Assembly: GCA_963767435.1 (NCBI GenBank)
Contig: CAVYEY010000029.1
Span: 3,857 to 67,856, forward strand
Length of the DNA: 64,000 nucleotides
Direction of reading: 5' to 3'
Source of the DNA: an uncultured Alphaproteobacteria bacterium
GTDB taxonomy: Bacteria > Pseudomonadota > Alphaproteobacteria > Rhizobiales > Rhodomicrobiaceae
The notes under the pieces are model-generated. The model saw only the letters and a list, made by a program, of their open reading frames with translations, was not told the origin of the DNA and did not search any database. Of this stretch, positions 59,166 to 64,000 are shown in pieces; within the stretch, counting starts at the first letter, position 1, and each line of letters opens with the position of its first letter. Both the position numbers and the translations under genes were made by a program.

Positions 59166-59322
59166 CGGATTGCAAAGCTTCGTGGATGTATGTTCCGCGG
59201 CGGCAAGTTCGTATGAGAAGTCACTTGACTTGCGGTGCGCCGTTTCTATCCTCATCGATAGTGAGCGTTGGTCTGGCGACAGTCCGGCGCATACATTCGT
59301 TCAACAGCTATAGGAGAGTCAC

Positions 59323-59859
59323 ATACGCCGTCCGGTTAAGGGCGCGCCCGCCAAGGAAGGTGGAGCACGCATCAACGACGCCATTATCGCCCGCGACGTC
59401 CAGCTCATCGATGAGAGCGGCGAAAACCATGGCACTGTCAATAAGCGCGAGGCGCTGTCGAGAGCCCAGGAAGCAGGTCTCGATCTTGTTGAAATTGCAG
59501 CCAACGGAGAAATACCGGTCTGCAAGATCATGGATTTCGGGAAGCATAAGTTCCAGCTTCAAAAGAAGGCTGCGGAAGCCCGGAAAAAGCAGAAGACCGT
59601 CGAGGTCAAGGAAATTAAGCTTCGCCCTAATATCGACACGCATGACTATCAAGTTAAGATGCGTTCGATGGTAAAGTTTTTTGAAGAGGGCGACAAGGTC
59701 AAGGTGACGCTACGTTTCCGCGGCCGCGAAATGGCCCATCAAGAACTCGGCATGCAACTCCTTGTTAAAGTCAAGGAAGAAACGGGCACGATTGCCAAGG
59801 TTGAATTGGAACCAAAGCTCGAAGGCCGTCAGATGATTATGGTTCTTGCTCCCCGCTAA
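59323..59859 (+). CDS. infC: Translation initiation factor IF-3 with a non-canonical ATA start
   Basis: AGGAGAG RBS, then ATA CGC CGT CCG...; in frame RINDAI..RDVQLID...GLDLVEI...[13 protein letters not shown]...FRGRE. Confidence 0.93.
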   Translation: MRRPVKGAPAKEGGARINDAIIARDVQLIDESGENHGTVNKREALSRAQEAGLDLVEIAANGEIPVCKIMDFGKHKFQLQKKAAEARKKQKTVEVKEIKLRPNIDTHDYQVKMRSMVKFFEEGDKVKVTLRFRGREMAHQELGMQLLVKVKEETGTIAKVELEPKLEGRQMIMVLAPR

Positions 59860-60085
59860 TTGCCTGAGAAGGGGAGCGTTAATAGTTGTGTTGCTTAATG
59901 AGCAGTCAAGGTGTTGACTGCCTCAAAGCATAAATGTCCCTTCTACTTCCGAAAGCCTGAAATTCAACAATGGCTTAAGGGTGTTTTGAGCCTTGCGCGA
60001 AGTATATGCCCCATGTACTATTGCAGTGGGGTTAGGGCGCGCGACACCTCCAAAAAAACTGAGCGCCAAACCGAACCATACCAAA

Positions 60086-60691
60086 ATGACGATTAAGATA
60101 ACTGGAAAAAACGTCGATCTTGGCGAGAGTTTGCGTAGTTATGCGCTAAATCGTATAGAATCATCTCTGGGTAAATTCTGGGATAGCCCGGTATCGGGCC
60201 AGATCAGCCTGGAGAAAAACAGCGACGGCTTCTCGACCCAGTGCGCGATACACTTGGCCTCCGGGCTCGATATGCAATCGGCAGGCACCGGTTCCGACGC
60301 CTATGGCAGCGTCGACTCCGCGATGGAGCGGCTCGAAAAGCGGTTGCGCCGTTATAAGCGCAGGCTTAAAAACCATGGCCAGAGCGCCGTTAACCCCGGG
60401 GTAATTTTGGACAGCGCCGGGATCGATTATGTGATAGACGTAGAGCGTACGGCCGAATCTCCCGCCGGCGAGGGAGACGGGGTTGGAGCTCCGGCTGTCA
60501 TCGCGGAAAAACCGGCACGTATAAGGGCTATGGCGGTGAGCGACGCGGTCATGCAGATGGACCTTGCCGATCAGCCTTTTCTGGTGTTCCGTAATGCCGC
60601 GCACGGCGGGGTCAACGTCGTGTACCGGCGTCCAGACGGAAACATCGGGTGGATCGACCCAAGCGGCGGCGCAGCAAACGCCAAGGCATAA
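60086..60691 (+). CDS. hpf: Ribosome hibernation promoting factor (long HPF/RaiA)
   Basis: ITGKNVDLGESLR, RLEKRLRRYKRRLK and NVVYRRPDGNIGWID motifs. Confidence 0.93.
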   Translation: MTIKITGKNVDLGESLRSYALNRIESSLGKFWDSPVSGQISLEKNSDGFSTQCAIHLASGLDMQSAGTGSDAYGSVDSAMERLEKRLRRYKRRLKNHGQSAVNPGVILDSAGIDYVIDVERTAESPAGEGDGVGAPAVIAEKPARIRAMAVSDAVMQMDLADQPFLVFRNAAHGGVNVVYRRPDGNIGWIDPSGGAANAKA

Positions 60692-60735
60692 GCTGTGCGG
60701 GCCGCAACAGAGGACGTTAGCGCGTGGGACAAGAT

Positions 60736-61200
60736 ATGGATTTGAGCGACCTCATAACGCCCTATGGCGTTATTCCGTCCCTTAAGGCTGCGAACAAAAA
60801 GCAAGTACTGCAAATCCTTTCGGACCGTGCTGCGGATCTGACTGGACTGAATAGCGTAGACATCTACAACATCCTGTTCCAGCGGGAGCGGCTGGGGTCC
60901 ACTGGCGTGGGCTCGGGCATCGCGATTCCGCACGGCAAGCTTCAGAATCTCCGGCACAGCGTTGGCGTATTCGCGCGCCTGGAGGAGCCCGTCGAATTCG
61001 ATTCCATCGACGAGGAACCCGTCGACGTCGTCATGCTGCTGCTGGCCCCCGAGAGCGCCGGCGCCGATCATTTGAAGGCTCTGGCGCGGGTGTCGCGCCT
61101 GCTTCGCGAGCCCAAGGCGGTAGAAAAGCTGCGTGCCTGCCGCGACCGCAACGCGATCTACGCAATCCTTACAGAAAAGGCCGCGTCTCACGCGGCCTAG
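60736..61200 (+). CDS. ptsN: PTS IIA-like nitrogen-regulatory protein
   Basis: RERLGSTGVGSGIAIPHGK and AGADHLKALARVSR motifs. Confidence 0.95.
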   Translation: MDLSDLITPYGVIPSLKAANKKQVLQILSDRAADLTGLNSVDIYNILFQRERLGSTGVGSGIAIPHGKLQNLRHSVGVFARLEEPVEFDSIDEEPVDVVMLLLAPESAGADHLKALARVSRLLREPKAVEKLRACRDRNAIYAILTEKAASHAA

Positions 61201-61219
61201 CCCGAAATCGACCCGAAAC

Positions 61220-61247
61220 AAAAAGCCCGCCAAATGGCGGGCTTTTT
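61220..61247. terminator. Bidirectional rho-independent terminator
   Basis: AAAAAGCCCGCC-AAAT-GGCGGGCTTTTT between convergent genes. Confidence 0.85.
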
Positions 61248-61252
61248 CGTTA

Positions 61253-61495
61253 TCAGTGGAGCGTTACAAGCTCCAATTCGCTTTCCTCGACATTCTCCAG
61301 CGCTGCCGACCGGCTGTCGGTCAGCACCATCGGCGTGCCATCCGCGGAAACTACGGCATAGAGATCAATGCCCTCCGGCAGGCCGCCGAGTTGTGGAAAC
61401 AGCTCAGCCACGTCCTTCGCCTTGAGCTGTTTGATGTAGGCCAGTTCACCCTCGCCCCAGGCCTCCAGCTCGAAATTCTTGAGGTATTCTTCCAC
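61253..61495 (-). CDS. DUF1150 family protein
   Basis: GEGELAYIK...LYAVVSADGTPMVLTDSR..A...LVTLH; GAGGAGG RBS before GTG 61495. Confidence 0.8.
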   Translation of the reverse strand: MEEYLKNFELEAWGEGELAYIKQLKAKDVAELFPQLGGLPEGIDLYAVVSADGTPMVLTDSRSAALENVEESELELVTLH

Positions 61496-61791
61496 GATAA
61501 GCACCTCCTCGTGCCAAATGCACACCCCGGCATGCCTGATTTCCACTGCTCCCAGGCGATAGGAGGACGTGTCCGATATGGACGTGTTCCTTGAGCATAT
61601 ATGGAACCCAGGTGGTCTTTCAAGAAAGACCTGCATCCATCCAGCCCGCATCCCCACCAGAGATTGGCGTCCTCATACCGGCGAACTTGGCCCAATACTC
61701 CTTTCCCGCCGGTTCGGCTTGCTAAAACGCCCAAACCGCTCGCAAGAAATGCGCCAAGGGCATGCCGGCCGGCCGATTGCGAGCCGGACTG

Positions 61792-62823
61792 CTACGGTGT
61801 CCCCTGGTTCACAACCTTGCCTTCGACCTGAAATGCGTTGTGCGAGGTGCCGGGATCGGCCAGTACGGCTATGGGAGATTTTGAAACGATCTGCCGGACA
61901 GAAGAATCGCGAACGGTGAACCCCTGCACCGTATTCGTGCGAAAGTGGATATCTCCGTCCCTGGCACCGGAATAGGAGCCGCCCTTTATATGCAGCTGCA
62001 CGGTATTTCCAACGTTGTTCTGGGCTGTCAAATTCCACTTGCAAGGCAAAGAGGGGTTTTTGGCTACAACATCCGTCACCGTTACATCCGTTGCCGCATC
62101 GATCCCGATGTTGCCGACGCCTCCCACCCGGCAATTGTCTTCGATGAGCCCGCCTTGGATCTTCATATGCGCTGTGCCTGGATTGTCGATTGTCAGCCCT
62201 TCATTGCCGTTGCGGCGGGACGACAGGCCAACGATTGTTGCGCCTACCGCTGTGGAGTTGGCGAACCCCACCTTGCGGTTATCCTCGGTACGGTTTTCAC
62301 TAGCAAAGGTTCGCGTGCCTATGTTGAGGATGCCGTGGCCGCCGTTGTGGTGAGCAAAAACATGCTCAATCCGCGTATCGGTAGCCGTTTTCTCAACGAT
62401 AAGGCCGCTGCCGCCCAGGCCCGCGCCGTCGATTTCGCACCGTCCGGAGATGCTGCCGGAAGCGCCCTTGAAGATGATCGCATTGGCCTGACCGGTCTTC
62501 CGGAACACCGCCCCCGGATCGCAAACGATTGTGACGCGGTTTGCTTCCACTGCAATAGTCCGGTTAACCAGATAAATGCCGGGTTTGACCTTGATGGGGC
62601 ATCCAGTTGCGGCGGCTTGTTCGATGGCCTTTTGCATCATCACTCTAGTCTGCTCCGGCGTAGCGGGCGGCGTAAGCTCTATGGAACGCGCAGCCGGAGA
62701 TGCGCATTCATGCGTTTCGCGCGCATCGCGTTTTCCTGCATCCCCGCCGCCAGAAGGCTGGGCCTGCACAGCGACGGGCATCAGAGGAAGAGCAAGTACG
62801 AGGAAATTCTTCAGGGATAACAT
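61792..62823 (-). CDS. Secreted right-handed parallel beta-helix protein
   Basis: Signal peptide, MQKAIEQA...PGIYLV, and repeated N/G-rich coils (HHNGGHGI, EDNRKVG, RRNGNEGL). Confidence 0.7.
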   Translation of the reverse strand: MLSLKNFLVLALPLMPVAVQAQPSGGGDAGKRDARETHECASPAARSIELTPPATPEQTRVMMQKAIEQAAATGCPIKVKPGIYLVNRTIAVEANRVTIVCDPGAVFRKTGQANAIIFKGASGSISGRCEIDGAGLGGSGLIVEKTATDTRIEHVFAHHNGGHGILNIGTRTFASENRTEDNRKVGFANSTAVGATIVGLSSRRNGNEGLTIDNPGTAHMKIQGGLIEDNCRVGGVGNIGIDAATDVTVTDVVAKNPSLPCKWNLTAQNNVGNTVQLHIKGGSYSGARDGDIHFRTNTVQGFTVRDSSVRQIVSKSPIAVLADPGTSHNAFQVEGKVVNQGTP

Positions 62824-63095
62824 CTTAACTCTCCAAGTCTCCAGGCAGTCATTCCGTAGACTGACACTCCTTGGCTTATTTTTCAATCAACCGCCCGCAG
62901 CGCGTGCAATGCCTGCTACTTGGCTATGGTGCCGGCTTGCGGGAACGTCGGGCGGCCTCGCGGTTTAGCAATCCGGCGGATTGACAATAACGGGAATTCG
63001 GTACGGTAATACCTATATGTAAGCGGCGCCTGACGGAAAGAAGCGCGGGACGGTCATCGAAGCGGAGGCGATACGCTCAAAAGGGGAAACGCCTA

Positions 63096-63566
63096 GTGAA
63101 GTCGATCCTTGTTGTGACGGTGAACGGCCGCAAGCGGGAAGACCTCGTTCCCGCAGGCATGCTGCTCATCGATTACCTGCGCGAGGTCGCATGCCTGACA
63201 GGCACCAAGCAGGGATGCGATGGCGGTGAATGCGGCGCCTGCACCGTGCTTGTGGACGATCTGCCGCGCCTGGCCTGCTCCACGCTTGCTGTTCAGGTGC
63301 AGGGACGCCGGATCGAAACGGTCGAAGGGCTGGCCAAAGGCGGGCGCATGAGCAGGCTGCAGCAGGCCTTCCATGAAAAGCTCGGCGCGCAATGCGGCTT
63401 CTGCACCCCCGGTATGATCAACGCCGCCGAGGCGCTCTTGCGCCGCAATCCCCACCCGGACCGGGAGGAAATCAAAGCGGCGCTGTCGGGCAATCTGTGC
63501 CGCTGCACCGGCTATGTCAAAATCGTCGAAGCAGTCGAGGCTGCCGCATCCGGAGCGGCGCAATGA
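63096..63566 (+). CDS. hcrC: 4-hydroxybenzoyl-CoA reductase gamma (2x[2Fe-2S]) subunit
   Basis: REDLVP..MLLIDYLRE..LTGTKQGCDGGECGACTVLVDD.PRLACSTLA and FHEKLG.QCGFCTPG; closely matches Thauera HcrC as I recall it. Confidence 0.8.
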   Translation: MKSILVVTVNGRKREDLVPAGMLLIDYLREVACLTGTKQGCDGGECGACTVLVDDLPRLACSTLAVQVQGRRIETVEGLAKGGRMSRLQQAFHEKLGAQCGFCTPGMINAAEALLRRNPHPDREEIKAALSGNLCRCTGYVKIVEAVEAAASGAAQ

Positions 63567-64000
63567 GCATCCGCAAGCTCGAAAAAGCGCGTACCGGCCA
63601 GGTGGGCGTGCGCACGCCCTTGATCGATGGCGTCGAAAAGGTAACTGGCAAGGCCAAGTACACCGCGGATTTCCTGGTTCCTGGCGCTTTTTGCGGCAGA
63701 ATATTGCGCTCCCCGGTGCCGCATGCACGGATTTTGTCCATCGACACCAGCGAAGCCGAAGCCCTGGAGGGCGTTGCCGCAGTCTGCACCGGCGCCGATT
63801 GCAAGGTACCGTTCGGCGTGCTCCCCATCGCGGAAAACGAGTTTCCTTTGGCACGGGACAAGGTGCGCTACCGGGGCGATCCTGTTGCGGCCGTAGCGGC
63901 CGTGGACGAGGCGACCGCGGCCAAGGCCCTCAAGCTGATCAAGGTCGAATACGAGCCGCTGCCCGCCTATTTCGACACCCGCAAGGCCATGGTGCCGGGG
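63563..64000 (+). CDS. hcrA: 4-hydroxybenzoyl-CoA reductase alpha (molybdopterin) subunit, partial
   Basis: Manual translation gives VGVRTPLIDGVEKVTGKAKYTAD...PFGVLPIAENEFPLARDKVRYRGDPVAAVAA, the HcrA/HbaC N-terminus; ATGA overlap with hcrC. Not in the ORF track. Confidence 0.8.
   Translation, partial: MSIRKLEKARTGQVGVRTPLIDGVEKVTGKAKYTADFLVPGAFCGRILRSPVPHARILSIDTSEAEALEGVAAVCTGADCKVPFGVLPIAENEFPLARDKVRYRGDPVAAVAAVDEATAAKALKLIKVEYEPLPAYFDTRKAMVPG

Overview
This is a GC-rich alphaproteobacterial chromosomal window (Hyphomicrobiales; my impression from the housekeeping proteins is Rhodomicrobium-like, which is unverified). The backbone carries ppiC-like, secA, prmA, pepP, parC, ilvD, infC, hpf and ptsN, and is interrupted by several accessory insertions. 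The main feature is a complete soluble methane monooxygenase cluster at 48.3-56.9 kb (mmoXYBZD, a DUF1097-like gene, mmoC, an orf, mmoG). It has a sigma54 promoter, all diiron ligands intact, no mmoR in the window, and is flanked by a DinJ-YafQ pair, CTAG-bounded mini-elements and a truncated TonB receptor. The cluster sits between anaerobic metabolism genes: pyruvate:ferredoxin oxidoreductase plus a fused NfnAB-type flavoenzyme upstream, and 4-hydroxybenzoyl-CoA reductase (hcrCA) downstream. Non-coding structure that the ORF track does not explain includes: (i) a ~270-bp repeat with a consensus IHF site at the right edge of three accessory regions; (ii) duplicated 5'-region scars of parC and pepP in front of inserted genes; (iii) a 31-bp hairpin repeat, one copy inserted in-frame in an outer-membrane protein gene. 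All calls come from motif recognition by eye; no database searches were run.
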